A DNA stretch of 64,000 nt from an uncultured Pseudohongiella sp. GTDB lineage: Bacteria > Pseudomonadota > Gammaproteobacteria > Pseudomonadales > Pseudohongiellaceae. Below are positions 8,140 to 18,579 of the stretch, one piece after another. Positions within the stretch are counted from its first letter, which is position 1, and the number at the start of each line of letters is the position of its first letter. The stretch lies in the NCBI GenBank assembly GCA_965222175.1, contig OZ244938.1, forward strand, positions 2,486,932 to 2,550,931, given 5' to 3'. The position numbers were made by a program, and so were the translations under genes. Under the pieces are notes generated by a model. It saw only the letters and a program-made list of their open reading frames with translations, made no database searches and was not told the DNA's origin.

Positions 8140-9546
8140 TTAACGATTATTGCTACTCTTCTCTCTTTCAGTTAAGCGGACCGAAAATTGCTCTGCGGGC
8201 TGCCAATGAAATGTTGCTCGAAATGGCGGGCCATCGGCGATTGCCTCAACTTTATGATTCATGGCAAGCATTTTGATGAAGATCGAACTCAATTTAATTG
8301 AAATTTGAGCGAAGGGACAGCTGTGATTACCCAGCCCAAAGGGTGAGAACTGATTCTTGGTGGGGTGTTGATGAATAAATCGACCTGGGTCAAAAATGAA
8401 TGGCTCGGCAAAGGACTCGGAAGATTTATGAGATTCCCACAAACATAAACGGACCAATGACCCTCGCGGAATGAAGAAACCTTCAAAGTTGATATCACGA
8501 TTGACAGATCTCATCAGCCTCTCGCTTTGATTCAACCGTAAGGTCTCCAACACAAAGGCTTCTTCTAACGAAACGCGCCCATCATGATCCACGGTATTTC
8601 CTGCGGCGATGCGCTCAAGTAGTGTGGGATTCTCTGCCGCGTATTTACTCAACCACCGAAACAACAGGCGCATATCGTAGCGACCCATTTCCACCATGTA
8701 TATCAGATTGCCCAGGCTGGTTTCGTCGAGGTCCCCAGCGCGGTACATTCTACCAATAATGCTCCGTTGCAGCCCTGACCCTTCGTTATCAATATGTTTT
8801 TTCAGCTGGTTGAGAAGATAGTCGCGAATGGTATTAAAGGTCCGCTTTTGCTTTTCTTCTGGAACCCATACCAGGCCATCAGGTCCCAATTCGTTGTACA
8901 TTTTTTCAAGTTTTTCAAAGTAATCCGATCCCGGTTGAGCACCAAAGAAAATATAAATCAACAATCGGTTGGCGATATTTTTCAGTGTTTGGATATACCG
9001 CTCTGGCGGGCATACATCACCTTTTTGCTGGGATTGATAGGCCGCCAATTCATCTGTGACGATTTTTTCAAGCAGTGTGGAATCCCTGGTGATGATCTGT
9101 GAATCAATACTTTTAAGAATCAATCGACGGTACTTCTTGTGATCCTCTCCCTGCATTCTGCGAAGAAAACCCTTGGGAAACAAAGATTCCAATTCCAACG
9201 ATTGAGGCCTCACGTCATTGGAGTGTTGGTCCAGAAAACGCCGGCACAACGGTAAACCCACTATACAAGTACAATACTTTCTACCCCAGATAGCCTTAAA
9301 TACCGGACCAATCCGCTGGGACTGCTTCAGTAAAAACTGTTGGTCGGACAGCTCCGCCAAGTTAAGTGCGACAAATCCGCCTGGCGGCAAACGCTTTTTT
9401 TGCCTCATCGCTTTGTAAGATACAGAGACAATAGGCCGCAAGCGGCTGTATTTGATTCGGCGTGTTATTTTTTCGATGATAACTGGTGGCGCAGACCACG
9501 CCAGTCGAAAAACATTATTGATTTTTTGTGATTCCATCAAGTTCAC
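8140..9546 (-). CDS. Cytochrome P450 (atypical I-helix and heme loop)
   Basis: 468 aa. Carries the ExxR (ETLR) and PERF-like (FDPGRF) motifs and a heme-thiolate loop FGLGNHSCPF. The I-helix reads MVEMGRYDM, lacking the usual acid-Thr pair. Local GC is about 45%. Its start overlaps the xdhB 3' end by about 30 nt. Confidence 0.7.
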   Translation of the reverse strand: MNLMESQKINNVFRLAWSAPPVIIEKITRRIKYSRLRPIVSVSYKAMRQKKRLPPGGFVALNLAELSDQQFLLKQSQRIGPVFKAIWGRKYCTCIVGLPLCRRFLDQHSNDVRPQSLELESLFPKGFLRRMQGEDHKKYRRLILKSIDSQIITRDSTLLEKIVTDELAAYQSQQKGDVCPPERYIQTLKNIANRLLIYIFFGAQPGSDYFEKLEKMYNELGPDGLVWVPEEKQKRTFNTIRDYLLNQLKKHIDNEGSGLQRSIIGRMYRAGDLDETSLGNLIYMVEMGRYDMRLLFRWLSKYAAENPTLLERIAAGNTVDHDGRVSLEEAFVLETLRLNQSERLMRSVNRDINFEGFFIPRGSLVRLCLWESHKSSESFAEPFIFDPGRFIHQHPTKNQFSPFGLGNHSCPFAQISIKLSSIFIKMLAMNHKVEAIADGPPFRATFHWQPAEQFSVRLTEREKSSNNR

Positions 9547-11830
9547 CTGACTGTAGAAAATCCGGGTACAAGGAAAGCAACACCCGCTCTGGCGTCATCG
9601 GAGACAGACTGACTTTACTGCGTGTGGGTTTATCATCATGTTGCTGCAACTTGAATGCGCTGATGGCCTGTTTCAGAGCAAAATAAGCGCCAATCCCGTA
9701 CATAAACGGCGGTTCGCCCACAGCTTTGCTACCAAATGGGCCGCTCCGCTTGCTGTCCGTTTCGAGAAACTTGATATCCATAACATCTGGCATGAAGTAA
9801 TTATCAGGTACTTTGTAGGTTGACAGACTGTCGGAGGCGAGCCTCCCTTCGTTATCGTAGCTCAACTCCTCCAAAGTGACCCAGCCGATACCCTGGGCAA
9901 GCCCCCCTTCCACCTGCCCAAGGTCAACACTGGGAATTAAGGGCCGCCCTAAATCATGCACTACCCTGGCGGAATCCAGAACATAACTCCCATTCAAACA
10001 ATCCACGGTCAGTTCAATCAGACTTACTCCGAATGCATAGTACTGGAAGGGACTGCCCTTGCCCGCCAGGTTATCAAAATGAATACCAGGTGAAGTATGG
10101 AAACCATGGGCCATCAATGGAACACGCGAGTAATAGGCCATCGACACCAGCTCCTGCCAACTGAGTTCGGTGTCGCTGCCATTGACCTGCACTCGTTCGT
10201 TAACGATGCTTATCGATTCCGGATTGGATGCAAAATGCCTGGCGGCAACGCCCTTTAATCCTGCGAGTATTTTTTTACAGGCAACTATCGTCGCGCCACC
10301 GTTTATGTCAGTGGTTGAACTTGCCGCGCTCGGCGAGATGTTTGCGATTCGGGACGTGTTGGTACTGTTGTAGCGAATCCGCTTTGCTGAGATACCCAAA
10401 GTTCGGGCCGCAATGGCAATCAGATTCGAGCTGATACCCTGCCCCATCTCAACGCCACCAGAGGCCAGCGCGACGGAACCATCTGTATAGACATGAATCA
10501 GACAACTGCCTTGATTAAGATAGGTTCTCGTGAAGCTGATACCAAAGCAAACAGGCATTAATGCCAGGCCTTTCTTTCGGCTTTTGTGAGCAGCATTAAA
10601 CACAGCCACGCGTTTTTTAGCACCCCGTAAATCAAAGCATTCCTTTGCCTCGCGCCACACTTTCTTTAAACGGCATTCGTTTATGGTCTGGCCATAATGG
10701 AAAAGATAACCGTCACTGATAAGATTTTGTTCTTGAATGAAGTCAGGGTCGACACCCATCTTTTCGGCAGCCGTGAATATAGCAGCCTCCAAAGCAAACA
10801 TGCCCTGCGGCCCGCCGAAACCTCTGAATGCCGTGCTCGGTGGCAGATTGGTACGACAAGGTGTACCTACTATATGAACGTTGGCAATGGCATAAGCGTT
10901 TGTTGAATGCAATATTGATCTTTCCAGGACCGCTGCCGACAAATCCATATAGGCTCCGGCATTCTGATAGTGGGTGACCTGATACGCCAGGATGGTACCG
11001 CGGTCGTCCAACCCTATTTTATAGTCCTGTTTATAAGGATGGCGTTTTCCGGTCATTCGCATGTCTTCTGCGCGATTCAACACCAGTTGCACGGGTTGCT
11101 GCAGATGATATGCAGCAAGGGCCGCCATGCAGCACCAGGGAGTAGCCTGACTTTCTTTACCACCAAAACCACCGCCAATGCGCCTGACATCAATTTCCAC
11201 AAGGTGCATGGGTATGCCCAGAACCTGTGCTATGTTTTTCTGCTCGGCAGAGGGGCTTTGGGTGGACGAGTACACTTTGAGTCGGCCATCCTCCTGTGGA
11301 ATCGCCCGGGCGCGATTGGTTTCCAGATACAAATGCTCCTGGCCACCAATTTCTATACTGCCCTCAACAACCGTCGAGCACATAGGCCAGGCGGCTTCAA
11401 CATCTCCCTTGCTGTAAACCCGTGGAGCCTGCAGTATCAAGCCCTGTTCGAACGCCACCCGGGGGCAGCTAACTACGTCCAGGGGCTCGGTCTCCAGTAG
11501 TATCCGCGCGGCTGCTTCTCGAGCCACACTTGCACTGGTAGCGACAACGAGCGCGATGGGTTGGCCTTGATACATCAGCTGCCTGTGCGCAAATAGGGGC
11601 TCATCCTGCATAAGTACACCAAGGTACCCGTTTCCGGGAATATCATCGAAGCAATACACTCCCTTGACTCCCGGCACAGCCAGGGCAGGGCTTATATTCA
11701 GTGCGGAGATAGTTCCGTGGGCGATGGGTGAACCGAACACGGCGGCATGCAGCATACCCTGTGGAGCAGGGCCGTCATCGACAAACTCTGCACTGCCGCT
11801 GACGTGGAGCCTGCTATCGTAATGCTTCAA
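9515..11830 (-). CDS. xdhB: Xanthine dehydrogenase family molybdopterin-binding subunit
   Basis: 771 aa. Contains a GGGFGGKE motif and aldehyde-oxidase/XDH Moco-binding domain signatures. Confidence 0.85.
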   Translation of the reverse strand: MKHYDSRLHVSGSAEFVDDGPAPQGMLHAAVFGSPIAHGTISALNISPALAVPGVKGVYCFDDIPGNGYLGVLMQDEPLFAHRQLMYQGQPIALVVATSASVAREAAARILLETEPLDVVSCPRVAFEQGLILQAPRVYSKGDVEAAWPMCSTVVEGSIEIGGQEHLYLETNRARAIPQEDGRLKVYSSTQSPSAEQKNIAQVLGIPMHLVEIDVRRIGGGFGGKESQATPWCCMAALAAYHLQQPVQLVLNRAEDMRMTGKRHPYKQDYKIGLDDRGTILAYQVTHYQNAGAYMDLSAAVLERSILHSTNAYAIANVHIVGTPCRTNLPPSTAFRGFGGPQGMFALEAAIFTAAEKMGVDPDFIQEQNLISDGYLFHYGQTINECRLKKVWREAKECFDLRGAKKRVAVFNAAHKSRKKGLALMPVCFGISFTRTYLNQGSCLIHVYTDGSVALASGGVEMGQGISSNLIAIAARTLGISAKRIRYNSTNTSRIANISPSAASSTTDINGGATIVACKKILAGLKGVAARHFASNPESISIVNERVQVNGSDTELSWQELVSMAYYSRVPLMAHGFHTSPGIHFDNLAGKGSPFQYYAFGVSLIELTVDCLNGSYVLDSARVVHDLGRPLIPSVDLGQVEGGLAQGIGWVTLEELSYDNEGRLASDSLSTYKVPDNYFMPDVMDIKFLETDSKRSGPFGSKAVGEPPFMYGIGAYFALKQAISAFKLQQHDDKPTRSKVSLSPMTPERVLLSLYPDFLQSGELDGITKNQ

Positions 11831-13391
11831 AGACGATATCCTCTGAAATATGCTCTGGAAACCCTCTCATAAAGTGGGCAAGCAACTGCTGGCGAACCAG
11901 CAACCGTTTGTAGTCGGCACTGCCACGAATATCGCTGATAGGTGCAATTTCCTTTTGAGCCCATGCAAGCGCTTCGAAAAGCAACTCAACATCCAGTTCT
12001 TTGTCCGTCAGGAATTGGCCAGTCTTATCCAGCAACAGCGGGATCTCAGCTACCCCGCCTACCGCCAGACGCGCAGATTTTATTCGTCGTTTGCCTTCCA
12101 GTTCAACGACTACGGCCGAATTAACCGTAGCGATGTCAAGGTGTGGGCGCTTTGAGATTTTCTGCCAACCCACAAAAGCGTTTATTGAGGGTTTGGGAAA
12201 TTGAATCGTGCGTAGAATTTCATTGTCAGTCTTGTTGATTCTTCGATAGCCCAGATAAAATTCGCGTAATGGCAATGACCGCTCTCCGTCATCCCCTTCC
12301 AGGCCCAGTTCCGCGCCAAGCGCCAGCATCAGGCAGGTAAGATCGCCGCTAGGCGAGGCATTGCAGAGGTTACCCGCTAAGGTAGCACGAATTCTTATGG
12401 GCCAACTGGCGATAAGTTCATTGTAAATCTGGATGTCCGGTATGGCATCTTGTACCAGCGGATCTCGGCCAAAGCTCTCAAAGCTCATTCGAGCATCCAC
12501 TATTAGCCAATTGTTTTCGTCCACAACGGCCGCAGCCGGCGCGGTACACTGGATTAAATCAAGAGCCATCGGTTGAGCATGAGCACCTTGCTCAAGAAAG
12601 AAGTTGGTCCCTCCGGCAACTCTGATGGCAGCCCCACCAGCAATGGGGACCGCATCCTTTCCGCGGGCATCATTAGGGAAACTGCTCTGCGAGAGTTCGA
12701 GCAGCCGTCTTTCAATGCCAAGAAAATACGCAGGTAAATCGCCGCGCTCACAGAGTGCCTCGATTCGGTCCACTCGCTGAACCAGATCACTCAGACTATC
12801 GGCGATGCGTTGACCAGCCTTTCGAATTGAATTGTAGCCGGTACAGCGACACAGGTTTCCAGATATTGCCTGGTTGAACCCATTGCGGTCCAGCGGCTGA
12901 CCAGGATCGGCAATCCATCCGGTTAGCGACATGATGAATCCGGGAGTACAATAACCACATTGTGTTCCACCACATTCAATCATGGCAGCTTGAACCGTGC
13001 TCAGCTGTTCACCCTCTGAATCTGAATCTTCCGGATCAACGCCCTTTACGCAAGTTGCATCCCTTGCGCCCCGTAAACCTTCAATGGTAACCAGGTGTTT
13101 TCCCTGCAAGTCACCGACGGGTAGCAAGCAGGATGTCATCGGCTGATAGTGCATGCCGCTTTTCACGGTATTCTTTTCAAGACTGGACTCCCCGGAATTA
13201 TCTGCCCAAGCTGACTCCAATTCGCCAACGAGCACGATGCAGGCACCACAGTCGCCTCCTCGGCAACCTTCTTTGGTGCCCGATAGGTGCCTTTGATCTC
13301 GAATAAAATCCAGGACAAGGGTTCCAGCTGGCACCTCTGCTGTGACTAGATCCGCGTTAAGTATCAACTGAATGGGGAGTTTTTTGCTCAT
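11814..13391 (-). CDS. xdhA: Xanthine dehydrogenase small subunit ([2Fe-2S] + FAD-binding)
   Basis: 525 aa. Ferredoxin-type cysteines (CRGGDCGAC) are followed by a second FeS motif (QCGYCTPG) and then a FAD-binding/CO dehydrogenase flavoprotein domain. Confidence 0.85.
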   Translation of the reverse strand: MSKKLPIQLILNADLVTAEVPAGTLVLDFIRDQRHLSGTKEGCRGGDCGACIVLVGELESAWADNSGESSLEKNTVKSGMHYQPMTSCLLPVGDLQGKHLVTIEGLRGARDATCVKGVDPEDSDSEGEQLSTVQAAMIECGGTQCGYCTPGFIMSLTGWIADPGQPLDRNGFNQAISGNLCRCTGYNSIRKAGQRIADSLSDLVQRVDRIEALCERGDLPAYFLGIERRLLELSQSSFPNDARGKDAVPIAGGAAIRVAGGTNFFLEQGAHAQPMALDLIQCTAPAAAVVDENNWLIVDARMSFESFGRDPLVQDAIPDIQIYNELIASWPIRIRATLAGNLCNASPSGDLTCLMLALGAELGLEGDDGERSLPLREFYLGYRRINKTDNEILRTIQFPKPSINAFVGWQKISKRPHLDIATVNSAVVVELEGKRRIKSARLAVGGVAEIPLLLDKTGQFLTDKELDVELLFEALAWAQKEIAPISDIRGSADYKRLLVRQQLLAHFMRGFPEHISEDIVFEALR

Positions 13392-13409
13392 CCTGACCCA
13401 ATACCTGCT

Positions 13410-14408
13410 TTACTTTAAGTTCAGCCTGTCAGCCTCTTTCAGAATTTGCGCAGCTATGCTTACTGCGATTTCCTCCGGAGAGTCGCTGTCGATGGACAAT
13501 CCCGCCGGGGCTGTTACTCGCTCCCATTCCTGAAGGTCAAAATTCATCGAGCAAAGGCCTTCCTGTATTTTTACTAATTTAGCGGGACTACCCATTACTC
13601 CGATATAAGGAAACGGACAACGAAGAATTCCGCTCAACGCATTGACATCATCGTGGTATGAAGGTGACAAGATCACGGCGAAGGTTTTTTCTGGATGATC
13701 GACCAGGCTAGCGCCTGCGGCGAAATTTTTGGAATTTAATATTCGCGGACCACGGGCCTGATTTTGAAAAGGCATGAGCGTAAACAGTCCTTCGCGTGGC
13801 TCAATGATGGTGACAACATAGTCGAGTAGCTCCATTTGCCTTGCCAGCGCCACACCGCAATGCCCGCCGCCAAAGATTGCAACCCTGCGTCGATTCAGCG
13901 TTGAAAGTTCAACTCGCCAACTGTCCGCCGATTCTTCAAAACAAATGCCATGATCGGATTCCAGACCGGGCTCATAGCACCACGAATCCGCTGTGATACT
14001 GAGCACGCCAGGATTGCCAGAGACCAGGCTGTCAGTAACTGACTCCACTACAGGCAATTGTGCGGGGCTTACTAATGCTAAAAGGTTTGATTGGCTGCCG
14101 CCGCAAATCAATCCAGAGGCATTTGAATCGTCAGTTTTGTGATGAACAAGTGTCTGTACCCGGGTCCTGAAAGACCCACTCGCCAGTGCATCACGACCGG
14201 TGCGAAGTAATTCTCTCTCCATACAGCCGCCACCAATCGTCCCAACCTGCACGCCGTTTTCCGTCAACAACAGCAAGCAACCCGCCTTACCCGGAGAGCC
14301 TTTGCTCGAGTCTGTTACCAAAATAAAGAAAACCCTGCGGTGCCCACTGAGTTCCGAGGCTAGACGTTTCCATATTTTCAGCATTCGGCGTACAACATCC
14401 TTGCGCAA
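13410..14408 (-). CDS. xdhC: XdhC/CoxI family molybdenum cofactor insertion accessory protein
   Basis: 332 aa in the XdhC family. Has a Rossmann-like VAIFGGGHCGVALARQ motif. TTG start. Confidence 0.75.
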   Translation of the reverse strand: MRKDVVRRMLKIWKRLASELSGHRRVFFILVTDSSKGSPGKAGCLLLLTENGVQVGTIGGGCMERELLRTGRDALASGSFRTRVQTLVHHKTDDSNASGLICGGSQSNLLALVSPAQLPVVESVTDSLVSGNPGVLSITADSWCYEPGLESDHGICFEESADSWRVELSTLNRRRVAIFGGGHCGVALARQMELLDYVVTIIEPREGLFTLMPFQNQARGPRILNSKNFAAGASLVDHPEKTFAVILSPSYHDDVNALSGILRCPFPYIGVMGSPAKLVKIQEGLCSMNFDLQEWERVTAPAGLSIDSDSPEEIAVSIAAQILKEADRLNLK

Positions 14409-15289
14409 GTCACTCGGTTATTTACTAAGGAACCTCTGAGCCTGTTGCATCGCTTCGATTTCACGCATACCTCTTTCTCGTACCTTCGTTGGTTGATGAA
14501 AAAGTTCTGCCTTGTTATACGACGTCTGATTCGAGTCGTGAGTTGCATTCGGTTCGTTCCTCGCTTTCCGCAGAAAACGCGTGAAAAAAACACTTGTCAG
14601 CAGCTCCATCGAGATTCTGTTGAGCATCGACATCTACCACCTCAGAGTCCTGATCGACCGCTTGCCAGAGATAACTGTACGCCACGGATTTACACAGCAA
14701 CTGGTCGACTGCGAGTATATCACCGAATCCTTTATGTCTTCGCTTCAGGCGTCTTGCATAAAGCAATCCAAACTTGGTATATAGCAGCCGGACGATCTCG
14801 TAACTCATTTAAATTCCACGCTTGACTGACAGACCTCCAATATCTCTGTGGCTCAGGTTGACTCGAAAACACAACCAGACTGCATGCAGGATAATTTCAG
14901 GCGGAAAGCGGTTTCGTTTGTAAATTTTACTGAGGTTCATGCCTCGATCATGGCAGATACCCAGTTAACTTGTCAGTGCCATTCCTCACACTTCTACAAG
15001 GCGGATGGCCACGCATTCTGCAACAATTCCCCGCCACCGGGGGGTGCAAAATCGGTCTGCAGAGTACTCAGGAATATTACGGAGGGAAATCTCCCGGTGA
15101 ACCACGACAAAACATCGACTATCGATGATTCATGTCACCTGAAGGCCGTTAATCCCTGCATCGGGAGACTGAAGCTGGAATGAGTACTTAATGTGTCGTT
15201 ACGGCCATTTGTTGAGAGCCTACGATAGAGGGGTTTTCATTATTTGAAGAACACTTACGGTATAAGACTATGTGCCGCTGGTGAGAACG

Positions 15290-15427
15290 CTTTTTGGGAA
15301 GTACAATTGTTATCTCCGAACCCGGGCAATGTCCAGATGTGTGAATAATCCGCTTCAGTAATTCATGGAAACAGTTCCAACTCGCCAGAAGATCCCAGAA
15401 AATCCACTTCTGGTTAGCCGCAAGGTG
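15290..15427 (+). repeat. Copy B of ~130 bp repeat (see 4237..4372)
   Basis: About 85% identity to copy A in direct orientation. It is followed by a perfect hairpin at 15440..15469. Confidence 0.8.
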
Positions 15428-15439
15428 CCGCCTGATCTC

Positions 15440-15469
15440 GATAGCAGTCATATTGTGATGACTGCTATC
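15440..15469. other. Perfect 12-bp inverted repeat hairpin (gatagcagtcat-attgtg-atgactgctatc)
   Basis: Read directly from the sequence. It has the same GATAG...CTATC framing as the IS66 hairpin at 7594..7627. Confidence 0.7.
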
Positions 15470-15678
15470 AGAGATTACCTGGGTTGAGTCCTGCCCGGTT
15501 AAAACTCACGCGTCAGTGGAGCAAGCAGATAGCCAGTGGCCCATATGTCAACTTTTTGAATATATCGGATAGATCCAGGTTGGTGAGCCTCTTTCATAGA
15601 TTCGAACGCAGAATTGGCCGTAAATAGACCGCTTCAGTAGAGGCATGGGCGCGAAGCTTCCTGCGCCCCCTGCTGAAT

Positions 15679-16479
15679 TCAGCGGCCTTTGAACACCGGT
15701 TTACGCTTGTCCATGAAGGCCTTCCGACCTTCTTTGTAGTCTTCACTTTCGAAACACGCGGCCACCAGCTTATCGACATATTCCGGGCTCGCCTGGCCCG
15801 GATCGTTGACTGTTTCATTGACCGCTGCCTTGATCGATCGGATTGTAAGAGGCGCATTCGCAACCAGTCGTTCAGCATAACCCTGAATGGCGTTATCCAG
15901 TTCCTCGCTCTCTACCATCTGATGCAACAGCCCGATTCGAAGAGCCTCGTCTGCTTCAAGCATACGGGCACTGAACAGAATATCCTTCGCGAATGCAGGA
16001 CCCACGATCGAGGTCAACGTCTTGATTGAGTCGTAGCCGTACCCCAGGCCCAACTTTGCCGCAGGAATCGCAAACTTTGAATTACGTGACGCGATACGGA
16101 TATCGGCATTCAGCGCAAGTGCCAGCCCACCGCCAACGCAGTATCCGTCTATCATGGCGATCACGGGTTCTTTGAATGCCGCCAGCGCGTCCTGCGCCCG
16201 GTCAAACGCGCTTTCATAAAGTTCCTGCTGTTCAGCACTGGAACGCCGGGTTTCAAATTCAGAGATATCCGCACCGGAGACAAACGCCTTGCCACCTGCC
16301 CCCGCCAGAATCAGCACCCGTAGCGACGCCGACGCCGAGAACTGTTCGAGTACGTCACCCAGAGCCTGCCACATCTCCAGCGACATCGCATTATGCCGCT
16401 GCGGATTGTTGAATGTGATGCGTCCAATACCATCGCTCTCATCGGCCAGGACTTTGTCACTTGGTGAGGAAACACTCAT
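15679..16479 (-). CDS. Enoyl-CoA hydratase/isomerase (crotonase) family protein
   Basis: Contains a GAGGKAFVSGADISEFE crotonase oxyanion motif. GGAAG Shine-Dalgarno lies 6 nt before the ATG at 16479. Confidence 0.8.
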   Translation of the reverse strand: MSVSSPSDKVLADESDGIGRITFNNPQRHNAMSLEMWQALGDVLEQFSASASLRVLILAGAGGKAFVSGADISEFETRRSSAEQQELYESAFDRAQDALAAFKEPVIAMIDGYCVGGGLALALNADIRIASRNSKFAIPAAKLGLGYGYDSIKTLTSIVGPAFAKDILFSARMLEADEALRIGLLHQMVESEELDNAIQGYAERLVANAPLTIRSIKAAVNETVNDPGQASPEYVDKLVAACFESEDYKEGRKAFMDKRKPVFKGR

Positions 16480-16493
16480 ACAATCTTCCTTGG

Positions 16494-17699
16494 TTACTCT
16501 GCCTGCCTGCACATGGCTTTCACCACGCCTGCCGATACCAGTTCATCGATTTCACCCCCGCTGAACCCCGCTTCTCTCAGTATCTCGATACTGTGTTCTC
16601 CGAGCCCAGGTCCGGCACGCGCAAAACGCTCGGACCGCTCAAAATGTGAAAGATTTATCGGCGAGCGCAACAGATTCAACTCGCCTTCAGTCGCGTGCGT
16701 GGCTGATTGCGTCATGCGCAGATGCTGCACCTGTAGGTCTGCAAATGCCTCGTCGATGCGATTGATCGGGCCGCAGGGTATGCCGGCATCATTCAGCATG
16801 CCCACGAGGTCAGCGGTCGTATAGGTTGATGTCAGCTTGTTCACTGCTGCCCACATCGCTTCACGATTCGCCAGCCTGTCAGGCACGCTTGCGAAGCGCG
16901 GGTCTTGTGCCAGATATTCAGCCTGCAGCGCTTCGCATAGCGCAGCGAACATCTTGTCCGTGCTGGCGGCCAGGTTTACCTGGCCATTCCTGGTATCGAA
17001 CACACCCATCGGCGACAGCGTTGGGTGGTTGTTGCCCTCCTGCCCGGCGACTTCGCCACGCATCGTGTAGCGTGCCGCCTGGAAATCAAGTTTGCACATC
17101 ATGGCCTCGAGTAACGAGGTAGTTACCCACTGCCCTTCTCCGGTTCGTTGCCGATGCAGCAGTGCCAACAGTATGCCCTGACCCAGAAACATGCCGGCGG
17201 AGGTGTCACTGACGGCGATACCGGCGCGCATGGGTCCATCCCCCGGCTTGCCGGTAATCGACATCAGGCCGCTCAAGCCCTGGATTATCTGATCGACCGC
17301 CGGTCGTTCGCAATACGGGCCATCCTGTCCGAAGCCGGAGATGCTCCCGTAAATGAGCGCCGGATTGAGCTTCCTCACCGATTCGTAGTCGATACCCAGT
17401 CGATGCTTCACGCTGACGCGAAAATTCTCGACAAGTATATCAGCCTGTTTGACCAGTTCATAAAAAACAGCTTTGCCGACCGCTGATTTCAGGTCCAGAC
17501 AGAGGCTGCGCTTGTTGCGATGCAGGTTCTGCGAATCCGGCCCATTCCGCTTTCCGGCAATGTCTCCGACGTGCGGGGGCTCGATACGAATTACGTCTGC
17601 CCCCCAGTCCGCGAGCAGGCGTACGGCGGTCGGTCCGGCCCTGGCGAGAGTAAGATCCAGCACGCGGTAACCTGACAGGGGTAAGTCTTTCTTGTCCAC
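16494..17699 (-). CDS. CaiB/BaiF family III CoA-transferase
   Basis: 401 aa. N-terminus LSGYRVLDLTLARAGPTAVRLLADWGADVIRIEPP. Confidence 0.8.
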   Translation of the reverse strand: MDKKDLPLSGYRVLDLTLARAGPTAVRLLADWGADVIRIEPPHVGDIAGKRNGPDSQNLHRNKRSLCLDLKSAVGKAVFYELVKQADILVENFRVSVKHRLGIDYESVRKLNPALIYGSISGFGQDGPYCERPAVDQIIQGLSGLMSITGKPGDGPMRAGIAVSDTSAGMFLGQGILLALLHRQRTGEGQWVTTSLLEAMMCKLDFQAARYTMRGEVAGQEGNNHPTLSPMGVFDTRNGQVNLAASTDKMFAALCEALQAEYLAQDPRFASVPDRLANREAMWAAVNKLTSTYTTADLVGMLNDAGIPCGPINRIDEAFADLQVQHLRMTQSATHATEGELNLLRSPINLSHFERSERFARAGPGLGEHSIEILREAGFSGGEIDELVSAGVVKAMCRQAE

Positions 17700-17908
17700 G
17701 GCCTGGTCTCCCTGAAATTCGCCTGCCCTGTCCCGTTAGCCAATTAACAGGACAGCACACAGGGTTTTCGTTATTGATCATTCCGAGTGATCGCGAGTAT
17801 GGCTGGCATCAACCAGAAATCGATACCAGTTGGTGAAGCGGCACAGCCGTCGGGGTCAGCGTGGCGTGAACCCTGTGTTCACTTCGGCGGATTTCTATTT
17901 TCCGACGT

Positions 17909-18388
17909 TCAATCCGCCAACAATACCCGGGTCTGCGAGGGAGCGACCTGCAGTCCAGGTGGCGCATTGGTTGAAGCGCTCGGCATGAACCTTACCAGAG
18001 GCCCGCCTTCGACCATTATGTTTCCTGGTACGGTGCTGAAGTGAACCTTGCCCCGGTTTTTGAATGAAAGAGTTTTAAGCCCGAGAGCCGCCCCGGTGGC
18101 CGAACTGGACTTGTATCCGACAGTTGCCGCATCGTTGATCAATGCCTTCTGGGTCTTCATGGCCGCTTCATCACCACCGGCGGCCATCCCGTCCACCAGG
18201 TTGGCATAGGGAATCGGTATTAGCGTGGTTCCGACAGCACCTGGGGTTCTACAGGTATCCGGCACATTCGGGATAGCGGGGTCCGCCTCGTTATTCCTAG
18301 TGGCTGCTTTCAAAATCGATTCTCCCTGGAGCTCATTGTTTTTGAGGAGTACTGAAGGTGTAACCGAAGCTGCTTTCACACGGGACAA
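17909..18388 (-). CDS. Hypothetical protein (weak call)
   Basis: 159 aa ORF with plausible codon usage. No recognisable domain. Confidence 0.25.
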   Translation of the reverse strand: MSRVKAASVTPSVLLKNNELQGESILKAATRNNEADPAIPNVPDTCRTPGAVGTTLIPIPYANLVDGMAAGGDEAAMKTQKALINDAATVGYKSSSATGAALGLKTLSFKNRGKVHFSTVPGNIMVEGGPLVRFMPSASTNAPPGLQVAPSQTRVLLAD

Positions 18389-18579
18389 AAGTTATATCGG
18401 GCGGGGCAGATTGTCCAGTTTCACCGGGTTTCATTTGCAGTGATCCAGGTTAAGCCTGAGATCAGCGGACAGTCGTGGAGAAAAATTCACACTGCCTGCC
18501 CTGGGCGTGGCTGCCAGCGTTGGATACTCCTGCCGGGACAGCCAGCAGGCCGGACTTCTGCGGTCCGGCCTTGTCCGGT

